From Nitrospirota bacterium (lineage in GTDB: Bacteria; Nitrospirota; JACRHJ01): a stretch of DNA of 64,000 nucleotides. The position numbers and the translations under genes were made by a program. The stretch lies in assembly GCA_963733375.1 (NCBI GenBank), contig CAVTDB010000026.1:64001-128000 (forward strand), given 5' to 3'. Of the stretch, positions 30,498-42,628 are shown piece after piece (position 1 is the stretch's first letter; each line of letters opens with the position of its first letter). The notes under the pieces are model-generated. The model saw only the letters and a program-made list of their open reading frames with translations. It was not told where the DNA came from and did not search any database.

Positions 30498-30574
30498 CTT
30501 TGGCAAGTGGGAGCGGTGTCGGCTACGACATGGCACTGGCATTTGAGAGCGTGAATTTTGGGAGTATACGTTAA

Positions 30575-31393
30575 ATGGCTATAAAATCATATAAACCGAC
30601 CTCTCCGGCAAGGCGCTTCCAGACGGTGGACACCTTCGAGAACATCACCAAGACGGAGCCCGAAAAGAGTCTGGTAAAGGTATATTCCAAGAGCGCCGGC
30701 AGGAACTGCTACGGCAGGATAACGGTCCGCAGGCGTGGCGGCGGCGCCAAAAGGGCGTACAGGATAATCGATTTCAAGAGGGACAAGGACGGAATACCCG
30801 CCAAGGTCGCAAGTATTGAATACGACCCGAACAGGAGCTCCAGGATCGCCCTCCTGCACTACGCCGACGGCGAAAAACGTTATATCCTCGCGCCGGTCGG
30901 GCTTAAGGTGGGGGACAATTTAATGTCCGGGCCGGAATCGGATATACTGCCCGGCAACTGCCTGCCGCTTCGGAACATCCCGTTCGGTACGCAGGTGCAC
31001 AACGTGGAGATGAGACTTGGCGGCGGCGGCCAGATGGTCAAGAGCGCCGGCTCATATGCGCAGCTGATGGCGAAAGAGGGCAGATACGCCCAGCTAAGGC
31101 TCCCGTCCGGCGAGGTGCGCCTGGTCCTGATGGACTGCAAGGCGTCCATCGGCCAGGTAAGCAACATCGACCACGAAAATATATCCCTGGGCAAGGCGGG
31201 CCGTGCCCGCTGGCTCGGCAAAAGGCCGAAGGTCAGGGGTGTCGCGATGAACCCGGTGGACCATCCCCTTGGCGGCGGCGAGGGCCGCTCCTCGGGCGGA
31301 AGGCCGCCCTGTTCTCCCTGGGGCAAGCCGGAAGGCGTAAAGACCCGGAAGAGCAGGAACGGGGACAAGTTCATAGTCAAGAAGAGGAAGTAG
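30575..31393 (+). CDS. rplB: 50S ribosomal protein L2
   Basis: [26 protein letters not shown]. Confidence 0.98.
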   Translation: MAIKSYKPTSPARRFQTVDTFENITKTEPEKSLVKVYSKSAGRNCYGRITVRRRGGGAKRAYRIIDFKRDKDGIPAKVASIEYDPNRSSRIALLHYADGEKRYILAPVGLKVGDNLMSGPESDILPGNCLPLRNIPFGTQVHNVEMRLGGGGQMVKSAGSYAQLMAKEGRYAQLRLPSGEVRLVLMDCKASIGQVSNIDHENISLGKAGRARWLGKRPKVRGVAMNPVDHPLGGGEGRSSGGRPPCSPWGKPEGVKTRKSRNGDKFIVKKRK

Positions 31394-31423
31394 TTCAAGG
31401 GCTGATTTTTCAGGAGGAGCGCT

Positions 31424-31708
31424 GTGCCAAGATCGGTAAACAAGGGGCCGTACGTCCAGGAAAGCCTGTTGAAGAAGGTAGTTGGGATGAACGAGGCCGG
31501 GGACAAGAAAATCCTGAAGACCTGGTCCAGGAGCAGCATGGTTGTCCCGGAATTCATAGGGCACACTCTGGCCGTACACAACGGAAAGAAGTTCATCCCG
31601 GTATATGTCACGGAAAACATGATAGGCCATAAACTGGGCGAGTTCGCGCCGACTAGGTCATTCAGGAGCCACGGCGGGTCCGAGAAAAAAACTGGAACAG
31701 CGAAATAA
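31424..31708 (+). CDS. rpsS: 30S ribosomal protein S19
   Basis: [16 protein letters not shown]. Confidence 0.97.
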   Translation: MPRSVNKGPYVQESLLKKVVGMNEAGDKKILKTWSRSSMVVPEFIGHTLAVHNGKKFIPVYVTENMIGHKLGEFAPTRSFRSHGGSEKKTGTAK

Positions 31709-31723
31709 GGCTAAGAGGGGTCG

Positions 31724-32056
31724 ATGGAAGCCACTGCAAAGGCAAGATTTATAAGAGTCACGCCCAGAAAGGCGAGGCTTGTAATCGATGTAATACGGGG
31801 TAAAAGAGTGGGCGAGGCGATGAACACCTTAAAGTTCATGCCCCAGCACGCATCCCGTGTGGTTGAGAAGCTGCTGAAATCGGCCATAGCCAACGCGGAA
31901 CAGAAAAACGTATCCGACGTGGACAGGCTTAAAGTGAAGGCGGCGTTCGTAGACCAGGGCCCGGTCATGAAGAGGGTAATGCCTCGCGCGATGGGCAGGG
32001 CGAATATCATAAGGAAACGATCCAGCCATATTACCCTGGTGCTGGGCGACGAATAG
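31724..32056 (+). CDS. rplV: 50S ribosomal protein L22
   Basis: [16 protein letters not shown]. Confidence 0.97.
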   Translation: MEATAKARFIRVTPRKARLVIDVIRGKRVGEAMNTLKFMPQHASRVVEKLLKSAIANAEQKNVSDVDRLKVKAAFVDQGPVMKRVMPRAMGRANIIRKRSSHITLVLGDE

Positions 32057-32085
32057 GGCGATAAAGAATAATCGGAGGTGAACGT

Positions 32086-32779
32086 TTGGGCCACAAAGTC
32101 CATCCAATCGGTTACAGGTTAGGCGTCAACAAGACCTGGAGCTCGAGGTGGTACGCCAAGAAGGAATATGGCGAATACCTGCACGAAGACTTAAAGCTCC
32201 GCAAGGTCGTGAAGGCCAAGCTCTATCACGCCGGGGTCGGCAAGATCGACATCGAGCGCGCGGGCAGCAGGATAAAGGTCAACATCCATACCGCCCGCCC
32301 CGGAATCATCATTGGCAAAAAAGGCGCCGAGGTGGACAAGCTCAAAAAAGAGCTCGAGGAGCAGACGGGCAAACAGGTCTATATAAATATAATGGAGATA
32401 AGGAAGCCCGAGATGGACGCCCAGCTCGTGGCGGAGAATATCGCCCTCCAGCTTGAGCGCAGGATAGCCTTCAGGCGCGCGATGAAGAAGTCGGTCACCT
32501 CTTCGCTCCGGTTCGGCGCCCAGGGCATAAAGATAGCCTGCGCCGGCCGCCTGGCGGGAGCCGAGATAGCGCGCTCCGAATGGTACAGGGAGGGCAGGGT
32601 GCCCCTTCACACCATAAGGGCGGACATAGACTATGGTTTCGCCGAAGCCAAGACCACTTACGGACAGATAGGTGTCAAGGTCTGGATATACAAAGGCGAC
32701 ATCCTGGGCGCAAGCCGCGGTATAAGCGGTCTTAAAGACGATGCGGCCGCAGTGAACGAAAGAAGGCGGCGAAAAATAA
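32086..32779 (+). CDS. rpsC: 30S ribosomal protein S3 (true stop probably ~32779, lost to a homopolymer error)
   Basis: [26 protein letters not shown]; as given the ORF runs 100 nt into rplP. Confidence 0.93.
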
Positions 32780-32791
32780 AGGGAGCTTTCA

Positions 32792-33211
32792 ATGTTAGCG
32801 CCGAAGAAAGTCAAGTACAGAAAAAAGCAAAAAGGCAACATGAACGGGAAGGCCTGGCGGGGCGGCGAGATAAGCTTCGGCGAGTTCGGCCTTAAGGTCC
32901 TCGAGCCGGGGTGGGTGACAAGCGCCCAGATAGAGGCCGCCCGTATCGCCATGACCCGCCACGTGAAGAGGGGCGGCAAGATCTGGATCAGGATTTTTCC
33001 GGATAAGCCGATAACCAAGAAACCCGCCGAGACCAGGATGGGCAAGGGCAAGGGCGCCCCGGAGTACTGGGTTTCGGTCGTGAAGCCGGGCCGTATAATA
33101 TACGAGATGGCAGGGGTGCCGGAAGAAGTGGCAAGGGAGGCGCTCCGGCTTGCCGCGCATAAGCTTCCGCTTGCGACCCGGTTCGTATCCAGGGAAGGAG
33201 GACTGCTGTGA
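32792..33211 (+). CDS. rplP: 50S ribosomal protein L16
   Basis: [12 protein letters not shown]. Confidence 0.98.
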   Translation: MLAPKKVKYRKKQKGNMNGKAWRGGEISFGEFGLKVLEPGWVTSAQIEAARIAMTRHVKRGGKIWIRIFPDKPITKKPAETRMGKGKGAPEYWVSVVKPGRIIYEMAGVPEEVAREALRLAAHKLPLATRFVSREGGLL

Positions 33212-33402
33212 AGGCATCCGAGATAAAAGACCTTTCACCGGAGGAGCTTAAATCAAAGCTTTCCGACCTGGACAAGGAGCGTTTCAACCTGCGCTTCCAA
33301 CTGGCGATGGGCGACATTGAGAACCCCATTCGCATCCGGGACGTAAAAAGGGACATCGCGCGGATAAAGACCGTTCTTAAAGAGAAGGAGATTGGGGGCT
33401 AA
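33208..33402 (+). CDS. rpmC: 50S ribosomal protein L29
   Basis: [15 protein letters not shown]. Confidence 0.95.
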   Translation: MKASEIKDLSPEELKSKLSDLDKERFNLRFQLAMGDIENPIRIRDVKRDIARIKTVLKEKEIGG

Positions 33403-33421
33403 CCCCCGGAGGATAAGGCTG

Positions 33422-33670
33422 ATGGCCGAAAAGAAGACATTCATTGGTGAAGTCGTAAGCGACAAGATGGACAAGACAGTCGTCGTCAAGGTCACGCGGA
33501 GAGTACCGCACCCGGTCTATAAGAAGATCGTGAGCCGGGTCTCCCGCTTGAAGGCCCATGATGAAAAGAACGAGTGCGCGGTGGGCGACACCGTCAGGGT
33601 GGCCGAGACCAGGCCGCTTTCCAAGGACAAGCGATTCATAGTCCTAGAGGTAATAGAGAAGGCCGGGTAA
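33422..33670 (+). CDS. rpsQ: 30S ribosomal protein S17
   Basis: [23 protein letters not shown]. Confidence 0.96.
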   Translation: MAEKKTFIGEVVSDKMDKTVVVKVTRRVPHPVYKKIVSRVSRLKAHDEKNECAVGDTVRVAETRPLSKDKRFIVLEVIEKAG

Positions 33671-33693
33671 GGCCTGAGAGGGAGAGGTTAACC

Positions 33694-34062
33694 ATGGTCC
33701 AGGTCCAGACGATGCTGGATGTTGCGGATAATTCCGGCGCCAAAAAAGTAATGTGCATCAAGGTGCTCGGGGGGACAAGAAAGCGCTACGCCACGGTCGG
33801 GGACATCATCATCGTCGCCGTAAAGGAAGCTATCCCCGAGGGAACCGCCAAGAAGGGCAAAGTGGCCAAAGCGGTGGTTGTGAGGACTTCCAAGGAAGTC
33901 CGCAGAAGCGACGGCTCATACATCAAGTTCGACAAGAACGCCGCAGTCTTAATTAATAACCAGAGGGAGCCCGTTGGCACCCGCATATTCGGCCCCGTCG
34001 CCAGGGAACTGCGTTGGAAGAATTTCATGAAGATAATTTCACTGGCGCCGGAAGTCCTTTAA
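33694..34062 (+). CDS. rplN: 50S ribosomal protein L14
   Basis: [18 protein letters not shown]. Confidence 0.98.
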   Translation: MVQVQTMLDVADNSGAKKVMCIKVLGGTRKRYATVGDIIIVAVKEAIPEGTAKKGKVAKAVVVRTSKEVRRSDGSYIKFDKNAAVLINNQREPVGTRIFGPVARELRWKNFMKIISLAPEVL

Positions 34063-34075
34063 GGGAGTCTACGAG

Positions 34076-34396
34076 ATGGGCGTGAACATAAAGAAAAATG
34101 ATACGGTGATGGTTATCGCCGGCAAGGAAAAGGGCAAGAGCGGAAGGGTTTACCGGGTCATGCCGAAGGACGACCGCCTGTTGGTGGAAAAGCTGAACGT
34201 GGTCAAGAGGCATACGCGCCCGAGCTCAACCAACAGGGAGGGGGGCATAATAGAGAAGGAAGCTCCCCTGCACATTTCCAACGTAATGATCGTCTGTCCC
34301 AAGTGCGGTAAAACCACCAGGGTCTCCCACAGCTTCGAGGGCGAAAAGAAAGTCCGCGTTTGCAAGAAGTGCGGCAGCCCCATGGACAAGGTTTAA
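34076..34396 (+). CDS. rplX: 50S ribosomal protein L24
   Basis: [23 protein letters not shown]. Confidence 0.97.
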   Translation: MGVNIKKNDTVMVIAGKEKGKSGRVYRVMPKDDRLLVEKLNVVKRHTRPSSTNREGGIIEKEAPLHISNVMIVCPKCGKTTRVSHSFEGEKKVRVCKKCGSPMDKV

Positions 34397-34413
34397 CGGA
34401 GGGTTTTAGTCAA

Positions 34414-34956
34414 ATGGCGGCAAGGCTCAAGGATAAATACGAAAAAGAGGTACTACCGGTCCTGATGAAGGACTTCGGGTACAAGAACGTCATGCAGGTC
34501 CCCAAGGTATTGAAGGTAGTGGTAAACGTGGGCCTGGGCGAGGCGATACAGAACCCGAAGCTGATGGACGGGGCGGTGAAGGAATTAGGCGACATAACCG
34601 GCCAGAAGGCGGTCGTGAAAAAGGCCAAGAAATCCATCGCCGCGTTCAAGCTCCGCGAAGGGATGGCTGTCGGATGCATGGTCACGCTCCGCCGCGACCG
34701 CATGTGGGAGTTCCTTGACAGGCTCCTGAACGTTGCGCTTCCCCGCATACGCGATTTCAAGGGCGTGTCCGGCAAGGCCTTCGACGGCAGGGGCAACTAC
34801 ACCCTCGGCCTTAAGGAGCAGTTCATATTTCCGGAGATCGACTACGATAAGGTGGAGATGGTCCACGGGATGGATATCGCCATCGTGACCAGCGCAAAGA
34901 CCGACGAGGAGGGCAAGGCGCTCCTCCGCCACATTGGGATGCCTTTCAGAAACTAA
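34414..34956 (+). CDS. rplE: 50S ribosomal protein L5
   Basis: [16 protein letters not shown]. Confidence 0.97.
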   Translation: MAARLKDKYEKEVLPVLMKDFGYKNVMQVPKVLKVVVNVGLGEAIQNPKLMDGAVKELGDITGQKAVVKKAKKSIAAFKLREGMAVGCMVTLRRDRMWEFLDRLLNVALPRIRDFKGVSGKAFDGRGNYTLGLKEQFIFPEIDYDKVEMVHGMDIAIVTSAKTDEEGKALLRHIGMPFRN

Positions 34957-34972
34957 GAGTGAGGGTAAAAAG

Positions 34973-35158
34973 TTGGCAAAGAAATCTCTCATAGCCAAGC
35001 AGAAACTTGAGCCGAAGTTCTCGACCCGCGGATATAACCGCTGCAAGATATGCGGCAGGCCCAGGGGCTTTCTTCGGAAGTTCGAGATGTGCAGGATATG
35101 CTTCCGGGAGCTCTCCTTAAAGGGCGAGATACCGGGAGTAATAAAGGCGAGCTGGTAG
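34973..35158 (+). CDS. rpsN: 30S ribosomal protein S14, type Z
   Basis: 61 aa, [18 protein letters not shown] start. Confidence 0.96.
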   Translation: MAKKSLIAKQKLEPKFSTRGYNRCKICGRPRGFLRKFEMCRICFRELSLKGEIPGVIKASW

Positions 35159-35254
35159 AGACCCCGGGGGGCTGGGGGCGGCGGGACAACCTGCGCGCCT
35201 GATAACGGCCAATGACGGGTGTCTTATCAAATATCGAAAAAGGAGCAATGGAAG

Positions 35255-35653
35255 ATGGGAATGACGGACCCGATTGCAGACATGCTGACCAGGATCAGAA
35301 ACGCCAACCTGGCGAAACAGGAGAAGGTGGATATACCTTCATCCAACCTGAAACTGGAACTGGCCCGCGTCCTGAAGGAAGAGGGATACATAAAGAACTT
35401 TAAGCTCCTCAAGGACCGCAAGCAGGGGATAGTCCGGGTCTATATGAAATACAGCCCCGAGGAGTTCAGGGTCATCAACGGCCTCAAGAGGGTGAGCCGG
35501 CCCGGGAACCGCGTCTATGTCGGGGCCGAGGACATCCCCCGCGTGATGGGCGGCCTGGGCGTCGCCATAATCTCCACCTCCAGAGGCGTCATGGTAGACC
35601 GGGTATCCAGGCAGAGGAACATCGGCGGCGAGATCATCTGCTACATCTGGTAA
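35255..35653 (+). CDS. rpsH: 30S ribosomal protein S8
   Basis: MTDPIADMLTRIRN, STSRGVM. Confidence 0.97.
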   Translation: MGMTDPIADMLTRIRNANLAKQEKVDIPSSNLKLELARVLKEEGYIKNFKLLKDRKQGIVRVYMKYSPEEFRVINGLKRVSRPGNRVYVGAEDIPRVMGGLGVAIISTSRGVMVDRVSRQRNIGGEIICYIW

Positions 35654-35790
35654 ACCGGGCAGGGACATGTAACTGCCGGGCAGGAGATAGAGTGCGGCGT
35701 GAACCTACAGGAAGCCGGCCGCAGGCAGCTAAGAATTACTGGTGTTGCCTCTGTACTAAAGAATAATAGCGAATCCGTAAGGAGTAGAAA

Positions 35791-36327
35791 ATGTCCAGGA
35801 TAGGCAAAAAACCGGTGGAGATACCGGCGGGCGTGGAGGTAAAGCTTTCCGGCAACAGCCTCCGCGTGAAAGGCCCTAAAGGCGAGCTCTCCAGAGAGTT
35901 TCACCCGAAGATGGCGATACGCCAGGAGGGGACATCGATCGTGGTGGAGAGGGCTTCCGACCACAGGTTGGACCGTTCGCTCCACGGGCTGACCAGGACC
36001 CTTATAAGCAACATGGTCTCCGGCGTCACCAAGGGTTTCGAGAGGGTGCTGGAGATAAACGGCGTCGGATATAAGGCCGAGGTAAAAGGAAACATCCTCG
36101 TGCTGAACATGGGCTATTCGCATCCCGTCAACTTTGAACTCCCTAAGGGCGTCTCCGCAGCCGTCGAAAAGGCGACCACCATAAAGCTCTCCAGCATAGA
36201 CAAAGAGCTCGTGGGCCAGGTGGCCGCAAACGTCCGTGCGGTGAGGAAGCCGGAGCCTTACAAGGGCAAGGGTATAAAATACGCCGAAGAGACGATACTC
36301 CGCAAGGAAGGGAAAAAGGGTAAATAA
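35791..36327 (+). CDS. rplF: 50S ribosomal protein L6
   Basis: [21 protein letters not shown]. Confidence 0.98.
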   Translation: MSRIGKKPVEIPAGVEVKLSGNSLRVKGPKGELSREFHPKMAIRQEGTSIVVERASDHRLDRSLHGLTRTLISNMVSGVTKGFERVLEINGVGYKAEVKGNILVLNMGYSHPVNFELPKGVSAAVEKATTIKLSSIDKELVGQVAANVRAVRKPEPYKGKGIKYAEETILRKEGKKGK

Positions 36328-36328
36328 C

Positions 36329-36697
36329 ATGGGCTCCACGAACAGCAGGCTCGCCGGAAGGCAAAGAAGGCGGAACAGGATCAGGAAAAAAGTGCATGGC
36401 ACGACGACGCGCCCAAGGCTGAACGTATTCCGGAGCGCCTCGAACATCTATGCGCAGGTTATAGACGACATGAACGGCGTCACGATAACCGCCGCGTCCA
36501 CGCTGGACAAGGACGTAAAAGACGGCCTTAAGTCCAGCGGCAACATCGACGCCGCGAAGAAGGTCGGGGCCGCCGTGGCGAAGAAGGCCATCGAGAAGGG
36601 CGTCAAGGACGTCGTGTTCGACAGGGGCGGCTACATATTTCACGGCAGGATTAAAGCCTTGGCCGACGCGGCGCGTGAAGCCGGTCTGAATTTCTGA
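36329..36697 (+). CDS. rplR: 50S ribosomal protein L18
   Basis: [22 protein letters not shown]. Confidence 0.97.
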   Translation: MGSTNSRLAGRQRRRNRIRKKVHGTTTRPRLNVFRSASNIYAQVIDDMNGVTITAASTLDKDVKDGLKSSGNIDAAKKVGAAVAKKAIEKGVKDVVFDRGGYIFHGRIKALADAAREAGLNF

Positions 36698-36710
36698 AGG
36701 AGGAATTTAA

Positions 36711-37211
36711 TTGGATAAGTACGATGCCGAGGGCTCGGCTTTAAAGGACAAAGTCATCCACATAAACAGGGTGGCCAAAGTCGTCAAGGGCGGCCGGAGG
36801 TTCTCCTTTTCGGCGCTGGTCGTCGTCGGTGACGGCGCGGGCAGTGTCGGGATAGGCAAGGGGAAAGCCGTCGAAGTGCCGGTCGCGATACAGAAGGCGG
36901 TCGAGCGCGCAAAGAAGAGCATGGTAAAGATGGCGCTCAAGGAGACGACCATACCGCATGCGATACTGGGACATTTCGGTTCGGCTCAGGTCCTGCTGAA
37001 ACCTGCCTCTCCCGGTACAGGTCTTATCGCGGGCGGAGCGGTCCGTGCGATACTCGAGGTCGCGGGCATTCATAACATACTCTCCAAGTCCCTTGGCAGT
37101 TCCAATCCTCACAACGTGGCGAGGGCCACTCTTGAAGGACTGAAGCAGTTAAGGAGCGTGGAACAGGTCGCCAAGCTCCGCGGCAAGACCGTGGAAGAGA
37201 TAGCGTCTTAA
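36711..37211 (+). CDS. rpsE: 30S ribosomal protein S5
   Basis: [22 protein letters not shown]. Confidence 0.98.
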   Translation: MDKYDAEGSALKDKVIHINRVAKVVKGGRRFSFSALVVVGDGAGSVGIGKGKAVEVPVAIQKAVERAKKSMVKMALKETTIPHAILGHFGSAQVLLKPASPGTGLIAGGAVRAILEVAGIHNILSKSLGSSNPHNVARATLEGLKQLRSVEQVAKLRGKTVEEIAS

Positions 37212-37268
37212 AGGGCAGCGAGTAGAAGCGGATAAGCGCGGCGTTTTAAAGCAGAGAGTCAGGAGGCC

Positions 37269-37461
37269 ATGATGGCTGGAAACATAAAGGTTAAATTGAC
37301 GAGGAGCCCGATAGGCCACCCGGAGAAGCACAGGAAGGTCCTGGTCGGACTTGGGGCTCACGAAAGTGAACAGCGTGGTGGTAAGGCAGGACACGCCCCA
37401 GATACGCGGGATGATAAACAAGGTCTCGCACATGGTTACAGTAATGGAAGAGGGGATCTGA
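37269..37461 (+). CDS. rpmD: 50S ribosomal protein L30 (frameshift in G-run ~37355)
   Basis: [11 protein letters not shown], then in a shifted frame [16 protein letters not shown]. Confidence 0.9.
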
Positions 37462-37907
37462 TGAAGATAGAAGAGCTGGCCCCAAATCCGGGGGCGAGAA
37501 AGAACAGGAAGAGGGTAGGCAGGGGCGCGGGTTCCGGCCACGGAAAGACCGCCACCAGAGGCGAAAAGGGACAGAAGTCCCGCGCCGGCGGCGCGAAAGG
37601 TCCTGGCTTCGAGGGCGGGCAGATGCCCCTTATCCGAAGAATACCGAAGCGCGGATTCACCAATATCTTCCGTAAGGAATACGCCCTGGTGAACCTCCGC
37701 GACATCGCGAATCTCGAGGGCGTGGACGTGATAGGCCCGGAGGCGCTTTTCGACCAGGGCATAATAAAGAAGCTCGGCGACGGGATAAAAGTCCTGGCCC
37801 ACGGCGAACTGACAAAGGCCGTGACCGTGCAGGCCCATAAATTTTCCAAGAGCGCCGTCCAGAAGATTGAAGCTGCCGGCGGACGGGCAGAGGTAATACA
37901 GCTTTGA
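37461..37907 (+). CDS. rplO: 50S ribosomal protein L15
   Basis: [22 protein letters not shown]. Confidence 0.97.
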   Translation: MKIEELAPNPGARKNRKRVGRGAGSGHGKTATRGEKGQKSRAGGAKGPGFEGGQMPLIRRIPKRGFTNIFRKEYALVNLRDIANLEGVDVIGPEALFDQGIIKKLGDGIKVLAHGELTKAVTVQAHKFSKSAVQKIEAAGGRAEVIQL

Positions 37908-39201
37908 TAGAAAGCTTCAAAAATGTCTTCAAGATACCGGAGCTGAAGAAGCGCATCGTCTTCACCCTTGCGCTCCTCGTGGTATACAGGATAGGCGGGC
38001 ACATCCCCACTCCGGGCATCAACGGCGAAGAGCTCTCCAAGTTCCTGCACGCGAACGCGGGCGCCTTGATGGGCTTTTTCGACATGTTCTCCGGCGGGGC
38101 CCTGTCAAGGGTGACGATCTTCGCGCTGGGCATAATGCCTTACATCAGCGCCTCGATCATCCTCCAGCTCCTCACCGTGGTCTTCCCGTATCTGGCCCAG
38201 CTCCAGAAGGAAGGGGAGCGGGGCAGGAAGAAGATCACCCAGTACACCCGCTACGGGACGGTCGGTATCTCCCTGGTGCAGTCGTTTATGATAGCGATAG
38301 GCCTGGAGGGGATGCAGGGCGGCGCGTTCATAGCGAATCCCGGCTGGGGCTTCCGGATAATGACCATGATTACGCTCACCTGCGGCACGTCGTTTATCAT
38401 GTGGCTGGGCGAGCAGATAACCGAGAGGGGCATCGGCAACGGAATATCGCTCATAATATTCGGGGGCATAGTCGCCAGGTTCCCCAACGCAATCATCGAT
38501 ACCTACAGGCTGTTCCGCGCCGACGAGCTCTCGCTCTTCACCGTGCTTATCATGGTCATTATAATGATAGCGGTCATCGGGGCGATAATATACATGGAGC
38601 GAGGCCAGCGGAGAATACCGGTACAATACGCCAAAAGGGTGGTTGGGTCCAGCGTGAGCGGCGGACAGAACACGCACATGCCGCTGAAGCTCAATACCGC
38701 CGGGGTTATCCCGCCGATATTCGCCTCATCCATACTGATGTTCCCGGCGACGCTGGCGGGCTTTTCCGACGCGGCTGGGTGGCCTCGATAAAAGAGCAGC
38801 TAAGCCGCGGGGCGCTGCTTTATACCGTGCTGTACGTCGGGATGATCGTATTCTTCGCCTTCTTCTACACGGCGGTCGTGTTCAACCCGGTTGACGTTGC
38901 GGACAACATGAAGAAGTACGGCGGGTTCATACCCGGGATAAGGCCGGGCAAGAACACGTCCGACTATATATACAAGGTGCTGAACAGGGTGACCTTCGGC
39001 GGAGCTATTTACCTCTCCGCGGTCTGCGTTCTGCCGGACATATTCTACAGGGCTTTTCACATAAGCTTCTATTTTGGCGGGACTTCTTTATTAATAGTGG
39101 TCGGGGTCGCCCTTGACACCGTTAGCCAGATTGAAACCCATTTAATCACCCGCCATTATGAGGGTTTCATGAAGGGCGTTCGCATCAAGGGAAGGAGATA
39201 A
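37904..39201 (+). CDS. secY: preprotein translocase subunit SecY (frameshift ~38780)
   Basis: [45 protein letters not shown]. Confidence 0.95.
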
Positions 39202-39206
39202 CCATT

Positions 39207-39851
39207 ATGAGACTGATATTATTAGGCCCTCCGGGGGCAGGAAAAGGCACGCAGGCGAAAGACCTGGTACAGAAATATGGAATACCCCAGATATCGACCG
39301 GAGACATCCTCAGGAAGAATCTGGCGGATAAGACCCCGCTTGGGTTGGAAGCGAAAAAGTTCATGGACAAGGGCGAGCTCGTTCCGGATTCCGTGGTTGT
39401 GGGAATTGTGAAGGAGCGCCTGAAGGAAGATGACTGCAAGAAGGGCTATATCCTTGACGGCTTCCCCAGGACGGTCCCGCAGGCCGAGGCGCTTGACGCC
39501 GCGCTCGCGGATATGAAGACGCCCATAGACAAGGTGCTCTCTATCGAGGTGCCCGATTCCGAGCTGGTAAAAAGGCTTGGAGGACGCAGGACCTGCCGCA
39601 ATTGCCAGGCGGGCTATCATGTCGCTTTCAAGCCCTCGAAGAAGGAAGGCGTCTGCGACTCCTGCGGCGGCGAGCTCTACCAGAGGGACGACGACAAGGA
39701 AGAGGCGATAACGAACCGCCTGAAGGTGTATCAGGCCTCGACCTCGCCGCTTATTAATTATTACAAGGCCAAAGGCCTGCTTGCGGCGGTTGACGGCGTG
39801 GGCGGGATGAAAGATATCCTGGACAGGATGGTCCGGGCCCTCGAAGGATAG
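39207..39851 (+). CDS. adk: adenylate kinase (Zn-lid type)
   Basis: GPPGAGKGT, LDGFPRT, CxxC...CxxC lid. Confidence 0.98.
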   Translation: MRLILLGPPGAGKGTQAKDLVQKYGIPQISTGDILRKNLADKTPLGLEAKKFMDKGELVPDSVVVGIVKERLKEDDCKKGYILDGFPRTVPQAEALDAALADMKTPIDKVLSIEVPDSELVKRLGGRRTCRNCQAGYHVAFKPSKKEGVCDSCGGELYQRDDDKEEAITNRLKVYQASTSPLINYYKAKGLLAAVDGVGGMKDILDRMVRALEG

Positions 39852-39853
39852 AC

Positions 39854-40601
39854 GTGATTATCCTGAAGTCTCCTTCCGAGGTGGAGAAGATGCGGGCGGC
39901 CTGCCGGATAGTGGCCGGGGCGCTTGCGGGGCTTCGGGAGATTATTACGCCCGGCATCACCACGGACAAGCTGGACTCCTTCGCCGAGGATTATATAAAA
40001 AAGCACGGCGGAAAGCCGGCATTCAAAGGCTACCTGGGATATCCCAAGAGCCTCTGCGCCTCCATAAACGAGGTGGTGGTGCATGGGATTCCGTCTGAGC
40101 CGGGCTCTTAAAGAAGGGGATATAATCGGACTGGACCTGGGGGCGGTGGTCGACGGGTATTTCGGAGACGCCGCCATAACAGTGCCGGTGGGCGAGATAT
40201 CGCCCGAGCTTAGAAAACTCATGGAAGTGACGGAGCAGTCGCTTTACAAGGGTATAGAAAAAGCTCTTCCCGGCAACCGCGTCTCGGACATCTCCTTTGC
40301 TGTCCAGAGCTTCGCCGAGTCCTTCGGGTATTCGGTAGTGCGCGAGTTTGTCGGGCACGGCATCGGCAGGGCTCTTCACGAAGAGCCGCAAGTTCCGAAC
40401 TTCGGCCCTCCGGGGCAGGGACCCAGGCTTAAGGCCGGCGCGACGCTGGCGATCGAGCCGATGATAAATATGGGGAAGTCCGGCACGGTGGTCATGAAAG
40501 ACGGCTGGACCGCCGTAACGATTGACGGGATGCCTTCGGCTCATTTCGAGCATACGATAGCGGTTACCGAAGACGGGCCGGTAATATTGACAGTGGCATA
40601 A
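39854..40601 (+). CDS. map: methionine aminopeptidase type I (frameshift ~40095)
   Basis: [29 protein letters not shown]. Confidence 0.95.
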
Positions 40602-40609
40602 AGGAACCT

Positions 40610-40828
40610 ATGGCCAAGGAAGACGCGATTGAAGTACAGGGAAAAATCCTGGAGACCCTGCCGAATGCGATGTTCCGGGTGGAACTCGACAACAAGCACG
40701 TCGTACTCGCGCACATTTCCGGAAAAATGAGGATGCACTTTATCAAGATACTCCCAGGGGACAGGGTTACCGTAGAGCTTTCCCCGTATGACTTGACCAG
40801 GGGCAGGATAACGTACAGGTTCAAATAA
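40610..40828 (+). CDS. infA: translation initiation factor IF-1
   Basis: [20 protein letters not shown]. Confidence 0.98.
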   Translation: MAKEDAIEVQGKILETLPNAMFRVELDNKHVVLAHISGKMRMHFIKILPGDRVTVELSPYDLTRGRITYRFK

Positions 40829-40840
40829 GAGGGTTCAATC

Positions 40841-40954
40841 ATGAAAGTTCGTTCATCGGTAAAAAAGATCTGCGACAAGTGCAAGATCATAAAAAGGAAG
40901 GGCACCGTCCGGGTCATCTGCGTGAACCCGAGACACAAACAGCGGCAGGGTTAA
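40841..40954 (+). CDS. rpmJ: 50S ribosomal protein L36
   Basis: Translated by hand: [37 protein letters not shown]. Confidence 0.97.
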   Translation: MKVRSSVKKICDKCKIIKRKGTVRVICVNPRHKQRQG

Positions 40955-40976
40955 TCCCCGGCCCAAGGAGGAAGCA

Positions 40977-41354
40977 TTGGCAAGGATTGCAGGCGTAGAC
41001 CTACCAAGAGAGAAAAGGATTGAGATAGGCCTTACCTATATCTTCGGGATAGGACGCGCCTCTTCGCAGAAGATTCTGGCGGAGGCGGGGGTCAGCCCGG
41101 ACACGAGGGTTAAGGACCTCACCGATGCAGAGGTTAACCGCCTCAGGGAAGTCATCGACAGGTCCTTCAAGGTGGAAGGCGACCTCCGTCGGGACCGCAC
41201 CATGGCCATCAAAAGGCTCATGGACATCGGCTGCTACAGGGGACTGCGCCACAGGCGGGGGATGCCCGTCAGGGGCCAGAGGACCAAGACGAACGCGCGC
41301 ACCCGCAAGGGGCCGAAACGCACCGTCGCTGGCAAGAAAAAGGCCGTTAAGTAA
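40977..41354 (+). CDS. rpsM: 30S ribosomal protein S13
   Basis: [23 protein letters not shown]. Confidence 0.98.
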   Translation: MARIAGVDLPREKRIEIGLTYIFGIGRASSQKILAEAGVSPDTRVKDLTDAEVNRLREVIDRSFKVEGDLRRDRTMAIKRLMDIGCYRGLRHRRGMPVRGQRTKTNARTRKGPKRTVAGKKKAVK

Positions 41355-41376
41355 AATCCGTTAAGGCCGGACGGTT

Positions 41377-41419
41377 AAAAGTTTTTGGCGTTACCTTTTT
41401 ACTAAAAAGGTGACGGTTT
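41377..41419. repeat. single-hairpin half of the REP-like element, inverted (copy D)
   Basis: aaaagtttttggcgttacctttttactaaaaaggtgacggttt is the reverse complement of the first half of copies A-C. Confidence 0.75.
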
Positions 41420-41448
41420 AAAGGTTAAGTAAAAATTACGGAGGTAAA

Positions 41449-41838
41449 ATGGCTGGACCGAAGAGAAGTGGTCCGAAGAAGGAGAAGAAGAACATCCCGA
41501 CCGGGGTGGCTCATATCACTGCCTCCTTCAACAACACTATCGTGACCATAACCGACCAGAACGGCAACGTCGTATGCTGGTCGAGCGCGGGCAACCAGGG
41601 TTTCAAAGGCTCCAGGAAGAGCACCCCTTTTGCCGCCCAGATGGCCTCGGAAAACGCCGGCAAAAAGGCGATGGACCAGGGCATGAGGATCGTCGAAGTC
41701 TGGGTGAAGGGGCCGGGTTCCGGCCGGGAATCAGCTATACGGGCCCTTCAGTCCGCGGGGCTGGATATTTCGGCGATACGGGACGTGACGCCGATACCGC
41801 ACAACGGGTGCCGACCGCCCAAAAGGCGAAGGGTTTAA
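41449..41838 (+). CDS. rpsK: 30S ribosomal protein S11
   Basis: [24 protein letters not shown]. Confidence 0.98.
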   Translation: MAGPKRSGPKKEKKNIPTGVAHITASFNNTIVTITDQNGNVVCWSSAGNQGFKGSRKSTPFAAQMASENAGKKAMDQGMRIVEVWVKGPGSGRESAIRALQSAGLDISAIRDVTPIPHNGCRPPKRRRV

Positions 41839-41924
41839 CATAATTTCGGGGGCGGCATACAAGCCGGCCCCTGCAAAAAATCGTAGTGGAGGACCCTCGT
41901 GTCCTCCCGCACAGGAGGAAAACC

Positions 41925-42552
41925 TTGGCAAGATATACCGGTCCTGTCTGCAGACAGTGCAGGAGAGAGACCATCAAGCTCTTTTTAAAAGGAGACCGCT
42001 GCTTCACCGAGAAATGCTCGGTCGAGCGCAGGACGTACGCCCCCGGCCAGCATGGCCAGGGCCGGGCGAAGGTCTCGGACTATGGCGTGCAGCTCCGCGA
42101 GAAGCAGAAAGTCCGCCGTATTTACGGCGTCCTGGAACAGCAGTTCAGGGGCTACTACGTCAAGGCCGCCCGCATGAAGGGCGTGACCGGCGAGAACCTG
42201 CTGCAGCTCCTTGAGAGAAGGCTGGATAACGTCATATTCAGGCTCGGCTTCGGCGCCTCCCGCAAGGAAGCGAGGATCATGGTTTCCCACGGGCATTTCG
42301 CGATCAACGGCAAGAGGGTGAACATCCCCTCCTATATCGTGAGGGCCGGGGACGAGGTCGCGCTCAGGGAGAAGAGCAAGAGCGGCTGCAGGTTCCAGGA
42401 GTTGGCTACGGCGATGGACAGAAAAGGCCTGCCGGGCTGGCTGGAGCTGGACAAGCAGAACCTGAAAGGCAAAAGTGCTGTCCATGCCCTCGAGAGAGGA
42501 CATCGCACTGCCGATAAATGAGAACCTCATAGTCGAGCTTTACTCGAAATAA
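41925..42552 (+). CDS. rpsD: 30S ribosomal protein S4 (frameshift ~42470)
   Basis: [22 protein letters not shown]; end LIVELYSK in a shifted frame. Confidence 0.95.
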
Positions 42553-42628
42553 AGAAGGACAGGTTAGGGGCAATAAGGCTCCCGGCCTCCTTTTAGAGTT
42601 TTAAAGAGAAACCGACAAGGAGAGGTTA

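Noticed and set aside
32780-32895. S3 C-terminal extension overlapping rplP
   Set aside because: Removing one A from gaaaaataa gives a stop just before the rplP SD.
37269-37907. Apparent L30-L15 fusion ORF
   Set aside because: One extra G in a G-run explains it; the normal L30 end and a TGATG overlap exist in the shifted frame.
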